A stretch of DNA of 64,000 nt from Candidatus Bathyarchaeota archaeon. GTDB taxonomy: Archaea > Thermoproteota > Bathyarchaeia > Bathyarchaeales > Bathycorpusculaceae. Position numbers and translations under genes: made by a program. Of the stretch, positions 29,138 to 38,570 are shown one piece after another (position 1 is the first letter of the stretch; each line of letters begins with the position of its first letter). The stretch lies in contig CAWHDT010000003.1 in assembly GCA_963828195.1 (NCBI GenBank), forward strand, positions 1 through 64,000, given 5' to 3'. The notes beneath the pieces are model-generated. The model made no database searches. It had not been told where the DNA came from and saw nothing but the letters and a program-made list of their open reading frames with translations.

Positions 29138-29983
29138 TTATTTTGGAGTTATTTGGTCAGGTTGCCAAATGGCAAGTTCCCTGATTACCCGCCTCGTTAC
29201 CTGCTTGTTTCGCAGAACAGACGCCGCCTCCGCATCAGTCGTGCCATCGTTCTGCGTGGGGTCCAAAAGTTTCTGGATTATCTTGTTATGCACATCCAGC
29301 GGTATGTCACGTTGCAGAGAATAAGGCCTTTGTTGAAACCTCGTCATGAGTTCGCCGAGACTTGTCGTTACGACTTCATTGCTTACCTCTATAATTTTCG
29401 TCGGAGGCAGTTTTTCCCGAATCTCCACTTCGTTCTGCCACATGCGCCTGTTCCGCTTCAGTGGATAACCCATTTCCTCTCTTAATCGTGCGTAGCGAAC
29501 CCAAAACTCCGAGTAAAACGGAGACGCCGAATTGCCTGAAACATTCGTTGTTCTACCCCATTCGCCCTGCCCAGTGCCTAGTAATGCTGCAACTTTACCT
29601 GTTGTTACACGACCCATTTCAGATATGACGCTTAGCCAGTTCGGAAGCAGATGGAGAACGTGAACTATTATTGAAGCGTCAAATGTTCTGTCCTTGAATG
29701 GCATGTTGTTGGCGTCTGCCAATATGAGGTTACGGATTCCTTTCTGTCTTGCCTTGGCCAGCATCTTTCGGGACAAATCTATTCCAACCATTTCAAATCC
29801 AAGATCTGAAAGAGGCTTCGAGAACCTTCCCGTTCCAACGCCCACATCAAGTATTAAGCAGCAGTCGCCAAGCTCAACTGAAACTGCGCGGAGTTCAGCC
29901 TCTGTTGCCGCTGGCCGCGTGGAATCGTAAATTTCAGAAATGTCATCAAATTCTTCGCCAATAGGTATCGCCATTGCCATCAC
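29138..29983 (-). CDS. Class I SAM-dependent methyltransferase
   Basis: LDVGVGTG, GIDLS..ML and MPFKDRTFD motifs. Confidence 0.85.
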   Translation of the reverse strand: MMAMAIPIGEEFDDISEIYDSTRPAATEAELRAVSVELGDCCLILDVGVGTGRFSKPLSDLGFEMVGIDLSRKMLAKARQKGIRNLILADANNMPFKDRTFDASIIVHVLHLLPNWLSVISEMGRVTTGKVAALLGTGQGEWGRTTNVSGNSASPFYSEFWVRYARLREEMGYPLKRNRRMWQNEVEIREKLPPTKIIEVSNEVVTTSLGELMTRFQQRPYSLQRDIPLDVHNKIIQKLLDPTQNDGTTDAEAASVLRNKQVTRRVIRELAIWQPDQITPK

Positions 29984-30189
29984 ACCAAACAGGTTAGTTT
30001 AACTTTGCCTAATAAAAGTTCGTTTCATCCCCTCTTTGTTCGCCCTAAAATTGCTGCAAAAACAAGTGGAGCAGAAATTTGCAATATTGGATTTAGGAAA
30101 ATCAACGTTGATGCGGGGAGTAACCGCAATGTTGCTTCGGTTTTGAGCAATGGGTGTAATCGAATTTTGTTTTTTGACCAGCAAGTTTA

Positions 30190-30223
30190 TATGAATAATA
30201 TTTCATATGAAATATAATTCATA
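30190..30223. promoter_or_regulatory. 34-bp near-perfect palindrome, candidate ArsR/SmtB operator
   Basis: tatgaataatatttcat|atgaaatataattcata (one mismatch), directly upstream of the ArsR gene. Confidence 0.7.
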
Positions 30224-30250
30224 CGATTGTTAATGGCGAGATGTAGGATA

Positions 30251-30571
30251 ATGAAAAAAGGACTAACAAAAATCTGCTACCGTTTCTTCACAAACCTAGC
30301 AAACCCCACAAGACTCGCCGCAATCGAACAGTTAATGCAGAAACCCATGAGCGTAAACGACCTGGCAATAGCCCTCGGACAAGAACAAAGCATGATTTCC
30401 CACAACCTAAAGCCACTGCTCCAATGCAACATCATCACGATCAAAAGAGAGGGCAAAAAACACATCTACACAGTGAACGAAGAAACCTTAACTCCCATCT
30501 TTGCAGCCATCGAAAACCACGCTCAAAAATTCTGCCCTACAGGCGGAGAATGCCTAAGAGGAGAAGACTAA
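30251..30571 (+). CDS. ArsR/SmtB family regulator
   Basis: LANPTRL..EQSMISHNLK..REGK; Cys/His-containing C-terminus. Confidence 0.88.
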   Translation: MKKGLTKICYRFFTNLANPTRLAAIEQLMQKPMSVNDLAIALGQEQSMISHNLKPLLQCNIITIKREGKKHIYTVNEETLTPIFAAIENHAQKFCPTGGECLRGED

Positions 30572-30572
30572 A

Positions 30573-31226
30573 ATGGCTAAGAGAAAAATCGTGAACATAA
30601 ACGAAGAATTATGCACTGGATGCGGCAACTGCATCCTCAAATGTGCAGAAGGCGCACTTCAAATAGTAAACGGCAAAGCAAAAATAATCAAAGAAACCTA
30701 CTGCGACGGTTTAGGCGCCTGTTTGGGGGAATGTCCTCAGGGAGCAATAACCATAACGGAGAGCGAAGCAGAACCCTTCAACGAAAAAGAAGTGCATGAA
30801 CACCTCAAAAACAAAGCCGTCTCCGCATCGCCCAGAAACGTTCAAGCTAGCTCGTCACCCCAAAAGCCGCAGTGGCCAGTAAAGCTAAACCTTGTCCCAA
30901 CCAAGGCACCGTTCTTCGAAAATGCTGACCTGCTGCTTGCTGCCGACTGTGCCCCTATCGCGCTCAAAAACTTCCACGATACATTGATGCCTGGGAAACG
31001 GGTTATTATAGGCTGCCCAAAATTCGATGACGCGAGAGCCTACGCCCAAAAACTGTCGGAAATCTTCAAGCAAAACAACATCGCAACGGTGACGGTTGCT
31101 CATATGGAAGTGCCATGCTGTGTTGGCTTAAAATGGGCAGTAAACAAGGCGCTTGAATTATCAGGCAAACAAATTCCAGTTAAAGAATATGAAGTGAAAA
31201 TTGGAGGAGAAATAGTTGAGCTCTAA
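30573..31226 (+). CDS. 4Fe-4S dicluster protein with a C-terminal Cys-containing domain
   Basis: CTGCGNC..C, CDGLGACLGECP, QWPVKL, AADC, GCPKFD and MEVPCC motifs. Confidence 0.85.
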   Translation: MAKRKIVNINEELCTGCGNCILKCAEGALQIVNGKAKIIKETYCDGLGACLGECPQGAITITESEAEPFNEKEVHEHLKNKAVSASPRNVQASSSPQKPQWPVKLNLVPTKAPFFENADLLLAADCAPIALKNFHDTLMPGKRVIIGCPKFDDARAYAQKLSEIFKQNNIATVTVAHMEVPCCVGLKWAVNKALELSGKQIPVKEYEVKIGGEIVEL

Positions 31227-31482
31227 AGATAAATCCATAGAAAAAAACCCTCAAACATGCCCCGGACTGCGTGATCTGCTGCAGCCTAAACCAGCATACA
31301 TTAAATGCCACGTTTGCGGCGGCGACTTAGAAATTTGGAGTGATGAAGACAAAACCGTTTGCTCCGCGTGTGGCGCGGAGTGGAAACGCCCCGACAAAAC
31401 AGCCGCATGCCTTGAGTACTGCCAGTACGCTGACAAATGCCGAGGCATCATTGAATCTAGAAAAAACCTAACGGAGGAGTGA
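31216..31482 (+). CDS. Cys-rich small protein
   Basis: CPG..CHVCG..EIWSDE..CSACG..CLEYCQYADKC. Confidence 0.7.
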   Translation: MSSKDKSIEKNPQTCPGLRDLLQPKPAYIKCHVCGGDLEIWSDEDKTVCSACGAEWKRPDKTAACLEYCQYADKCRGIIESRKNLTEE

Positions 31483-31488
31483 CTGTCG

Positions 31489-31980
31489 ATGAAAGTTTTT
31501 GTAATCTATGATACGAAGTATGGCAATACAAAACTTGCTGGGGAAACCATTTTGGAGGGCATTAGAGAAGTTGAAGGTGTTGAAGCCTCCATTGGCTACG
31601 TCAAGGAAGTCGAGATTGGAAAAGTGGCGGATTATGACGCCTTAGTTTTGGGCGCGCCAAATCATATGGGTAGACCTTCCCAAACCATGAAGAAGTTTGT
31701 TAACAGGTTGGCTGAGCTTGATTTGAAAGCAAAGAATGTGGCTGTTTTCGGCACTTACTCGGGAAGAGCAAGAAACCCTGACAGAGCAGTGAAAAAACTA
31801 GAAAACATGGCGCAGAAAAAGCTGCCCAACCTTAAACTGATTTCGCCAAGTCTATCAGTAAGAGTGAATGGGATTCCCGGTCCAATCGTTGAAGGGGAAC
31901 TGCCTAAATGCAAAGACTTTGGCAGAACAATAGCAAACCAGCTTAAGACAACAGATTCTTTGGAGAAAAAGGAGAGTTAA
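31489..31980 (+). CDS. Flavodoxin
   Basis: YDTKYGNT, LGAPN and VFGTY motifs. Confidence 0.85.
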   Translation: MKVFVIYDTKYGNTKLAGETILEGIREVEGVEASIGYVKEVEIGKVADYDALVLGAPNHMGRPSQTMKKFVNRLAELDLKAKNVAVFGTYSGRARNPDRAVKKLENMAQKKLPNLKLISPSLSVRVNGIPGPIVEGELPKCKDFGRTIANQLKTTDSLEKKES

Positions 31981-31982
31981 CA

Positions 31983-32351
31983 ATGAACAACCAACATCCA
32001 CGTATAACAAGAGAGAAAAAAACCATCGACGCGATGGTTCACATATACTGCAGAGGCCACCACGGCACCAAAGGGAAGGAGCTGTGCCCCGAATGCACCG
32101 AGTTTATGTCCTACGCTTTTCTGCGTTTGGATAAATGTCCTTTCCAAGAAGAAAAATCCACATGTGGCAAATGTCTCGTGCATTGTTATCAGCCTCAGAT
32201 GAGGGCGAAAGTGAAGAAGGTCATGCGGTATTCGGGTCCACGAATGCTTTTGCATAGTCCAGGGTTGGCGATGCACCACGCGTTCGATGGAAGAAAGAAG
32301 CCGCAGACAATAGAAGAATTCAGGAAGAAAAAAGCTCAAAGTCCAACTTAA
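31983..32351 (+). CDS. YgbA-like ('nitrous oxide-stimulated promoter') family protein
   Basis: REKKT..MVHIYC..H..LCPEC..YA..RLDKCPF..K..C..C..HCY..VMRYSGPRML. Confidence 0.85.
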   Translation: MNNQHPRITREKKTIDAMVHIYCRGHHGTKGKELCPECTEFMSYAFLRLDKCPFQEEKSTCGKCLVHCYQPQMRAKVKKVMRYSGPRMLLHSPGLAMHHAFDGRKKPQTIEEFRKKKAQSPT

Positions 32352-32478
32352 AAGCTGCAGGATAAGCTTTTGACTTGCGCGGTCCTCGACCTTAGGCTTA
32401 GATTGTTTGCTAACCTGGCATTGTCGCCCTTTGATTATGCCTGACCTAAAATTTCCAGTATCGGCGATAACTTGATTT

Positions 32479-32748
32479 TTACAGAAGCTTTGAGAAGTCA
32501 GAGTAAACTTTTTTCCTGTGACCTACAAAAAGCACTGTTACTTGGTTCTGATTTGTATTTATTTCATAGATAGCCCTGTAGTCACCTGATCTTATGCTCC
32601 AAAAATGCGAGGGATGTAGAGGTTTTCCTGTTTTGAACGGGTCTATCGCAAGTTCATCAAGGGCTATTTTCATCCTCGCTTTATTTACTTCATCAATTTT
32701 TCTAAAGTCTCTGGCGGCGCTAGCCTGCAAAAGAACCTTAAAAACCAA
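32479..32748 (-). CDS. relE: RelE/ParE family toxin
   Basis: WSIRSGDYRAIYEI..VGHRKKVY. Confidence 0.85.
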   Translation of the reverse strand: MVFKVLLQASAARDFRKIDEVNKARMKIALDELAIDPFKTGKPLHPSHFWSIRSGDYRAIYEINTNQNQVTVLFVGHRKKVYSDFSKLL

Positions 32749-32752
32749 AAAG

Positions 32753-32974
32753 CTATACGTCCTCTAAGGGAATTAGCTTTTCCGGGTGCTTTTTTGCTTC
32801 TTCGCTTCGTTTATTGAGTAGGTCGTAGAACTTGCGGGTTTTCTCTCTTTCCTCGTATAAGCTGATGATCGTTTTTATTGCGTCGCTGCGGCTTTTGAAG
32901 CGTCCTTCAGCAACCCAGGAATCAATTTCCGCAATTGTTTTCTCAGGCAGCCTTAATTGAACTTGAGTCATCAC
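32753..32974 (-). CDS. Ribbon-helix-helix antitoxin
   Basis: VQLRLP..IDSWVAEGRFKSRSDAIK; upstream of relE. Confidence 0.8.
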   Translation of the reverse strand: MMTQVQLRLPEKTIAEIDSWVAEGRFKSRSDAIKTIISLYEEREKTRKFYDLLNKRSEEAKKHPEKLIPLEDV

Positions 32975-32982
32975 AGTTCACA

Positions 32983-33000
32983 GTAAACAATAATGTTTAC
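32983..33000. promoter_or_regulatory. Palindrome GTAAACA-ataa-TGTTTAC, candidate RHH operator
   Basis: 7-4-7 perfect inverted repeat just upstream of the antitoxin start codon. Confidence 0.6.
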
Positions 33001-33075
33001 AAATCACTTAAAAGTTTTGCCTCCAGAGGAACCCAACAGCGGCAAGGGCAGATTCGTTACTTCTAACTAAGTGAT

Positions 33076-34560
33076 TTACCAGCTGAGGTTTTTGGTCAAA
33101 TCATCTGATGTAAAAACAATATCTGGGTTAAGCAGAGCTTTGGTGTCAAAGATTTTTTTGATTTGCTCAAAGTACCCATAGATTTTGTTCCCCCATTCCT
33201 GGCGAAGGTACTTAGACCTGTTTCTTCCCAATCCATGCTCGCCTGTTATGGTGCCGCCTGCTTTCAAGGTGGCTTCGAAGATTGCGTTGGAAAGTTTTCT
33301 CAGGTTTTCTTCCCAATTTTCTTTGCAGATCATCGGCCTGACATGGATGTTTCCTTCGCCTGCGTGACCGTAAATCACCGCAGCAGTCCCAAATCGGTCC
33401 AGTATATCTTGAATGGCGACCAAAAAATTGGGCATTTGGTTGATAGGCACCGCAAGGTCATCTGCAAAGGGTGGAAACCGCTTCTCTGGTGTTTCCAGTT
33501 TGCTCATTATCCAAAGAAGCATCGATTCCCGTACTTGCCAAAGCTCAGCTTGCTTTTTCACGTCGGTTTCAACTAGAAAGTTGATTGATTTTTCTTTCAA
33601 ATGATTTCTCATGAGGGTATCTGCCTGATCCAAGTCAGAGTCAAACTCCACAAGCAAAACAGCTCGGCAGTCTAGCGGAACATTAACCTCGTTTCTAAGC
33701 AAGTCAACACCGTAAGAATCCATGGCCTCAAGGGCTGACGGCTCAAAAACCTTTATTTCAATCACGGCTTCTGCAGCCTTGAACAAAGAGCGGAAAAACA
33801 GCAGATAAAGGCTGGTATTTTTGGGGCAGGGAACCGCCTCCAACTCGACCTCGCTGAAGACACCCAGTGTCCCAACAGATCCCGCCAATAGATGAGTAAC
33901 AATTTCAGCAGGCGCTTCGTAATCGTAAAAGCTTTTCAGGTTGTATCCGCTGCTTGATTTCAAGTTTCTTCTCGACTCCAAGATACGGGTTGTTTCTATG
34001 TCGTTTCTAAGCCGACTTTTTAGGTCAACGATTGCTTCCTCGAGTTTTCCTGGCAACCCATGCCACGTATCTATTAATCCATGTTCGATATCGAAGAAAC
34101 GGAGATTTCTAAGAGCAGAATTAACTGTTCCATACTTGAGGCTCCGCAAGCCGCTTGCTTTCGTTGCAACATTTCCGCCGATGGTACAGAATGAGCGGGA
34201 AGTCGGGTCGTATGGAATTCGAAGCCCATCAGCGTTCAGCTGCTGGTCCAGTTGCTGATGGATTACGCCTGGCTGAACCCTTACTCTTCGCCCTTCCCTC
34301 TCGATGATGGCGTGCATTTTGGAGAAGAGAACAATGATGCCTGAGCCAACGGCTGAACCAGACTGATTGGAACCCCCACCCCGCGGGGTTATTGGGACAG
34401 CTTCTGCTTTGGAGTAAGCAATTATCTTCGCTAAGTCCTCTTCGTTTGTGGGAACCGCAATCATCAAAGGTTTGACTGCATAATGACTCATGTCGATTGA
34501 ATACTTTTTAATAGATGCCCCGTCGGTTAGCACTTCGCCAGAGATTTGTAGTTGCCTCAA
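33076..34560 (-). CDS. FAD-linked oxidase (GlcD / D-2-hydroxyacid dehydrogenase family)
   Basis: PRGGGS, DPTS..CTIGGN, GHAGEGNIHVRP, GEHGLG and LLNP motifs. Confidence 0.88.
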   Translation of the reverse strand: MRQLQISGEVLTDGASIKKYSIDMSHYAVKPLMIAVPTNEEDLAKIIAYSKAEAVPITPRGGGSNQSGSAVGSGIIVLFSKMHAIIEREGRRVRVQPGVIHQQLDQQLNADGLRIPYDPTSRSFCTIGGNVATKASGLRSLKYGTVNSALRNLRFFDIEHGLIDTWHGLPGKLEEAIVDLKSRLRNDIETTRILESRRNLKSSSGYNLKSFYDYEAPAEIVTHLLAGSVGTLGVFSEVELEAVPCPKNTSLYLLFFRSLFKAAEAVIEIKVFEPSALEAMDSYGVDLLRNEVNVPLDCRAVLLVEFDSDLDQADTLMRNHLKEKSINFLVETDVKKQAELWQVRESMLLWIMSKLETPEKRFPPFADDLAVPINQMPNFLVAIQDILDRFGTAAVIYGHAGEGNIHVRPMICKENWEENLRKLSNAIFEATLKAGGTITGEHGLGRNRSKYLRQEWGNKIYGYFEQIKKIFDTKALLNPDIVFTSDDLTKNLSW

Positions 34561-34594
34561 TCTCTGCCTCCAACATTAATTTTAGACGGCAAAG

Positions 34595-35941
34595 TCACGC
34601 GTACCTTTCCTGCTGCGCCAACGGGTTGGTCCATTTAATTATTGCGCTAACTGAGTTCTGGTTAAACCCCTTAAACCCTTGCCCCCTCTCAATATTCTCC
34701 AAGTGGCTGGCAACGGCGCCGTCCCGAGAAAAAGTTGAGGCTTGATCCTCGTTTAGTTGATGATTTTTCACCAACTGAGCTAACTTGTCTTCTTTCACCT
34801 GCCACTTCTCAGGTTCCGTGAATGCTTGCTTCAGAAAGGGGAAATTTGAGAAAGGCTTCATCATTCCGACGCCTGCACTTTTGAGGTCTTCTTGAACGCT
34901 GTCGAAACGAAATTTAGCGGCTAAATGATGCATGCCTGCTTCAAGAATGCTTTCGCCATGCAGACCAACCCATAAGCCAACTGTGCCAAGCTTTTCCTGC
35001 GGCTTGAGCCCTTGATGCGCGAAGTCAACGTCTTTTTCTTCCCTAGACAAATCTACGTCTGCAAAAACAACGTTTCTTCCATCTGTGTCTTCCAAGATTT
35101 GGGCACCCCAACCTGCCTGGGCTCCAGCGTGGAATCTTTCCCGCGGGTTTAAGCCTAAGTGCTCAAAAATTCTGATGAGGGAAACAAAGTTCTGCCTTGA
35201 AGACCTAAAGGTGTGGTGGTCAACGTTGCCCCAGCCCCCTCCGACTTGATCCTGCCTTCTCTTTTGAACCGTGGCCGCATGGTTTCTGCTCTCCCAATAG
35301 CGTCTTTCTGCTCGGAAGAACGCGTCGGCTAATCTCTTCTTGCTAATTTTGGTGCCCAAGGATGCGAGGAGCTTTTCTGTCTCCAACAAGCCTTCTTCAC
35401 CTGAAGCAAATGTTCTTTGTCGAGAACCTAAAGCTCCAGATGCCTCAATGTACGAATCAACATCGTCGCTATCCTCAACACAGTACCCTGAAGAGCCGCG
35501 CCTCTCAACAGCCGAAAACAAAAAGTCGCCTTCGCCCGTCAGCATCAATTTTCTGAAAGCCGCGTTAGGTTCCCCCTGAATGTTTTTTTCTTCGGCAAAG
35601 ACTTTGCGAAAGTCATCGATGTCTTCCACGCCAAATGCAAGCTCCAAAGCCTTGCCTTTTTTTAAAAGCATCGGGAACAATACGCTGCCTTCAACTCGAA
35701 AAACAGATGAGCCATCGGTTAATTTTGATTCTTGAAAACCCATTTTAAAAAGGTCATCCACATCCACTTGTTCCGATGGGACTGCTAGGTGGTCAACCCA
35801 ATCAAAAATTCTTGTCGAAGTCTGCTGCTTAATCTCATCAGCTAAGGTTGCCGCATAATTGTTCTTGCTTAAGAATTCGTCAAGTTTTGTCTGCAGGAAA
35901 GATTCTGCTTTTGGAAAAAGAGCCCAATCAAACTTGTTCAA
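34595..35941 (-). CDS. Hypothetical VOC-fold metalloenzyme (HPPD/HglS-like motifs)
   Basis: DHHTFRS, AGMHHLA and HLENIER..GFKGFN motifs. Confidence 0.55.
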   Translation of the reverse strand: MNKFDWALFPKAESFLQTKLDEFLSKNNYAATLADEIKQQTSTRIFDWVDHLAVPSEQVDVDDLFKMGFQESKLTDGSSVFRVEGSVLFPMLLKKGKALELAFGVEDIDDFRKVFAEEKNIQGEPNAAFRKLMLTGEGDFLFSAVERRGSSGYCVEDSDDVDSYIEASGALGSRQRTFASGEEGLLETEKLLASLGTKISKKRLADAFFRAERRYWESRNHAATVQKRRQDQVGGGWGNVDHHTFRSSRQNFVSLIRIFEHLGLNPRERFHAGAQAGWGAQILEDTDGRNVVFADVDLSREEKDVDFAHQGLKPQEKLGTVGLWVGLHGESILEAGMHHLAAKFRFDSVQEDLKSAGVGMMKPFSNFPFLKQAFTEPEKWQVKEDKLAQLVKNHQLNEDQASTFSRDGAVASHLENIERGQGFKGFNQNSVSAIIKWTNPLAQQERYA

Positions 35942-36194
35942 GTAACGCTCTCCTTTTCATGAAAAAAGTTTCTACTTAACAGTATACTCCCTCGGCTAAA
36001 TAAGCTTGAAATCTGATAAATCATGGGCAAAGCGCCGAAGGTTAAGCGTTTAATGTGAAGCTTTCAGCTAAAGTGAATCTATCACGCGTTTTTTTATGGG
36101 GTTTTTCTTTTCGGCAAGGCAGAATTGGTCGAGCAGCCAAGCGCTTTCCCGAAAACCTTTTAAATCCAGCCTGCGAATCCTTTTTACGGTAAAC

Positions 36195-36365
36195 ATGTCA
36201 TCAAAAAAAGATAAAGCTAAAGAAAAAATCGAAGTAGACGCTAAAAAGACTAAAGAAGACGCAAAAAAGGTCGGCGGAGACCTAAAGAAAGCGGGTAAGA
36301 AAGGCGCCGAAGAAGTCAAAAAAGTCGGCGAAGAAGTTAAAGCAAAACTTCACAAAAAATCTTAA
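36195..36365 (+). CDS. Small Lys/Glu-rich hydrophilin-like protein (56 aa)
   Basis: MSSKKDKAKEKIEVDAKK...; TTTAAA upstream, T-rich tract downstream. Confidence 0.6.
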   Translation: MSSKKDKAKEKIEVDAKKTKEDAKKVGGDLKKAGKKGAEEVKKVGEEVKAKLHKKS

Positions 36366-36536
36366 ACCCGCTTTTCTCTTTTTTTGGCAATTAGCTCACC
36401 CGAATGGTAGGCTCTGCCCAGAAGTGAGCAAATCTTACTGCACATTTTTGAAAAAATATGGAGTATTTGTTGGCTGTAATGATGGAACGCGGATTTTCTT
36501 GCTGGAAGGGCTTGAGAAAAAATGTTTGTTCATTAC

Positions 36537-36579
36537 TGTAGTCACCTCACCATTAAAATTTAAATCTGTGTAGTCACCT
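36537..36579 (+). promoter_or_regulatory. Direct repeat TGTAGTCACCT (x2) flanking the TATA-like box of the Fic gene
   Basis: Exact 11-mers at 36537 and 36569, 32 bp apart, around tttaaa. Confidence 0.6.
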
Positions 36580-36588
36580 AATATATTT

Positions 36589-37530
36589 GTGCACGTCGAA
36601 ATTAGAGAAAAGAATGGTTCACGTAAATACTATTTAGCGCACTCTTATAGAGTCGGAAAATTCGTAAAAAAAGTTAGAGTTTACCTCGGCACAAACTTAA
36701 CTCACGAGGAATTAAAACAAAAAAGAAAAATGGCTGAAGCCAAACTTAAAGAACGGATAAAGCAAGCCGAATCAATCCATGACCCCTATTTAACACCGCT
36801 TTCGTCCTCAGAATCAAAAGAGCTTGAAACTCTTGAAGCGCGAGGGGAATTACGAGTACCTCGTCTCTCAGAACTTGACTGGGACAAGTTCAAGGAAGCA
36901 TTTACCTATAATACAAACGCTATTGAAGGTTCACGGGTTAAATCTAATGAAGTTGCAGACATTCTTAGAAAGAGAAAATGGCCACCAAACGTAAGCAAAG
37001 AGGATATTGCGGAAACCTATGGAGTCGCTGAAGCAGTGGACTACATTCGTAAAACCAAAGAATGCGTTTCCTTGAGACTTATAAAACAACTTCACAAAAT
37101 AGTTTTTAAGAATTCAAAGCATTTTGCAGGGGAATTTAGAGAAAAAGGTGTGGAAGTAATAGTTGCTGACTCATATGGAAATGTTATTCACCGTGGAGCA
37201 CCATCGTGGCAAATTGAGGAACTGCTAAAAGATTTGGTTCGGTGGTATAATCGGAATAAGGAAATGTGTCCTTCGCTGGTTTTAGCCGCCGTTGTTCATA
37301 ATCAATTCGAAAACATTCATCCATTCCAAGATGGAAACGGCAGGGTTGGAAGATTGCTCCTTAACAATATCCTGTTAAAGCATGATCTTCCGCCTTTAAA
37401 CATTGAACTAAAAAATAGAGCGCAGTATTATGAGGCTTTACAAATCTATGAAAAAGACCACAACATACGTCCCACTATAGATTTAATGCTTAAAGAATAC
37501 AGGGCACTTAAGAAGATCTTACATAGGTGA
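36589..37530 (+). CDS. Fic-family protein with an N-terminal putative DNA-binding extension
   Basis: HPFQDGNGRVGR Fic motif; TNAIEG inhibitory motif; N-terminal KYYLAHSYR..RVYLG. Confidence 0.9.
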   Translation: MHVEIREKNGSRKYYLAHSYRVGKFVKKVRVYLGTNLTHEELKQKRKMAEAKLKERIKQAESIHDPYLTPLSSSESKELETLEARGELRVPRLSELDWDKFKEAFTYNTNAIEGSRVKSNEVADILRKRKWPPNVSKEDIAETYGVAEAVDYIRKTKECVSLRLIKQLHKIVFKNSKHFAGEFREKGVEVIVADSYGNVIHRGAPSWQIEELLKDLVRWYNRNKEMCPSLVLAAVVHNQFENIHPFQDGNGRVGRLLLNNILLKHDLPPLNIELKNRAQYYEALQIYEKDHNIRPTIDLMLKEYRALKKILHR

Positions 37531-37575
37531 CCACAAATTTCGCATGCGTAGTCACCTCTAATACGATTTGGTTTT

Positions 37576-37620
37576 TGGCGCGGGATGTTAGGTTTACACC
37601 CACGTTTAAATCCACACGAA
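37576..37620 (-). mobile_element. Degenerate tRNA-Ser 3'-end copy (att-like site A)
   Basis: tggcgcgggatgttaggtttacacccacgtttaaatccacacgaa; first 13 nt identical to the tRNA 3' end. Confidence 0.7.
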
Positions 37621-37750
37621 AAATTTAGGAAGAAAAACGCAATACGCTGTTGTTCTGAACTCAAAAAAGCTCAAAGAAGTTAAATAGAAAGAAAAAAAGA
37701 ATTTTGAATTCGTAGTTTCCCTTTGTCGTTGTCTAAAAGATGGGTGCGGT

Positions 37751-38188
37751 TTACCCGAATGTTACGTATTTTTTGGGCTCCATCATGTTAGCTCTGCTCC
37801 AGTGGTGAGCCTGGCATTTTGCTACCTTCATGATGACCAACTCGGGGCTTTCTGCCGTTATGCCCATTTGCTTGAGGAAGGGCCGCGCTTCTATCACTTT
37901 CCGCTTCATCTCCAGATCTTGCACAAACTCCACCTTGCCCGTGACCCGCACCATGTCTCCGCTTTTGCTTTTGTAGTCGAGGAAGCAGACTTCTACTTTG
38001 GGATTGGCTTTAAGCTGCTTATAGACATCTTTGCTCGCATCCATGCTGTAGTAGAGTCCGGTTTTGTCGGCGGAGAAAAGCTGCAGCGCACGCACTTTCG
38101 GCTGGTCGCCATCTAAGGTGGCGAAGAAGCTGATTGGGTTGTCGGTTACAAACTTGAGAATTTCGTTCAATTCCATAATTATCGCCAA
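37751..38188 (-). CDS. Pyridoxamine 5'-phosphate oxidase-like FMN-binding protein
   Basis: FFATLDGDQPKVR..KDVYKQLKANPKVEVCF. Confidence 0.85.
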   Translation of the reverse strand: MAIIMELNEILKFVTDNPISFFATLDGDQPKVRALQLFSADKTGLYYSMDASKDVYKQLKANPKVEVCFLDYKSKSGDMVRVTGKVEFVQDLEMKRKVIEARPFLKQMGITAESPELVIMKVAKCQAHHWSRANMMEPKKYVTFG

Positions 38189-38356
38189 GCAGTAAGAGTG
38201 GCGACGACGATTATAGGCTTTTCCTAAGCAGGCGAGCGGCGGTTTGGCAGTTTGTAGAGCCTCGCGAGACTTAACGCCGGTGTGGTTAGGATGAATTTGG
38301 ATTAACCCGAATTACCTTACTTGCTTTCTATATAGTAAGCGGCTCACAAATTAACG

Positions 38357-38411
38357 GAATTTGGAAATGGGCGGGATGTCAAATTTTGCATTCACTTTCA
38401 AATTTCACGCA
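38357..38411 (-). mobile_element. Degenerate tRNA-Ser 3'-end copy including the downstream flank (att-like site B)
   Basis: gaatttggaaatgg-gcgggatgt matches 41925-41948, followed by ttcactttcaaatttcacgc. Confidence 0.7.
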
Positions 38412-38570
38412 GGTAATAACCGTCTTTTTAAAAAGAATCAAGAGATGATAGGTTGCTGTCTTAAGCCAGCCACAAATGTTTATTTTTCGCTCCCTCTTTG
38501 AGAAATGGCGGAGTAAAAGTTATGTCATTAAATGTGAATGGGCAAAGAGTACACTCCCTGGAAGATTCCT

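Noticed and set aside
32577-32587. A further TGTAGTCACCT copy inside relE
   Set aside because: It is the antisense of the conserved GDYR codons, so it is probably coincidental.
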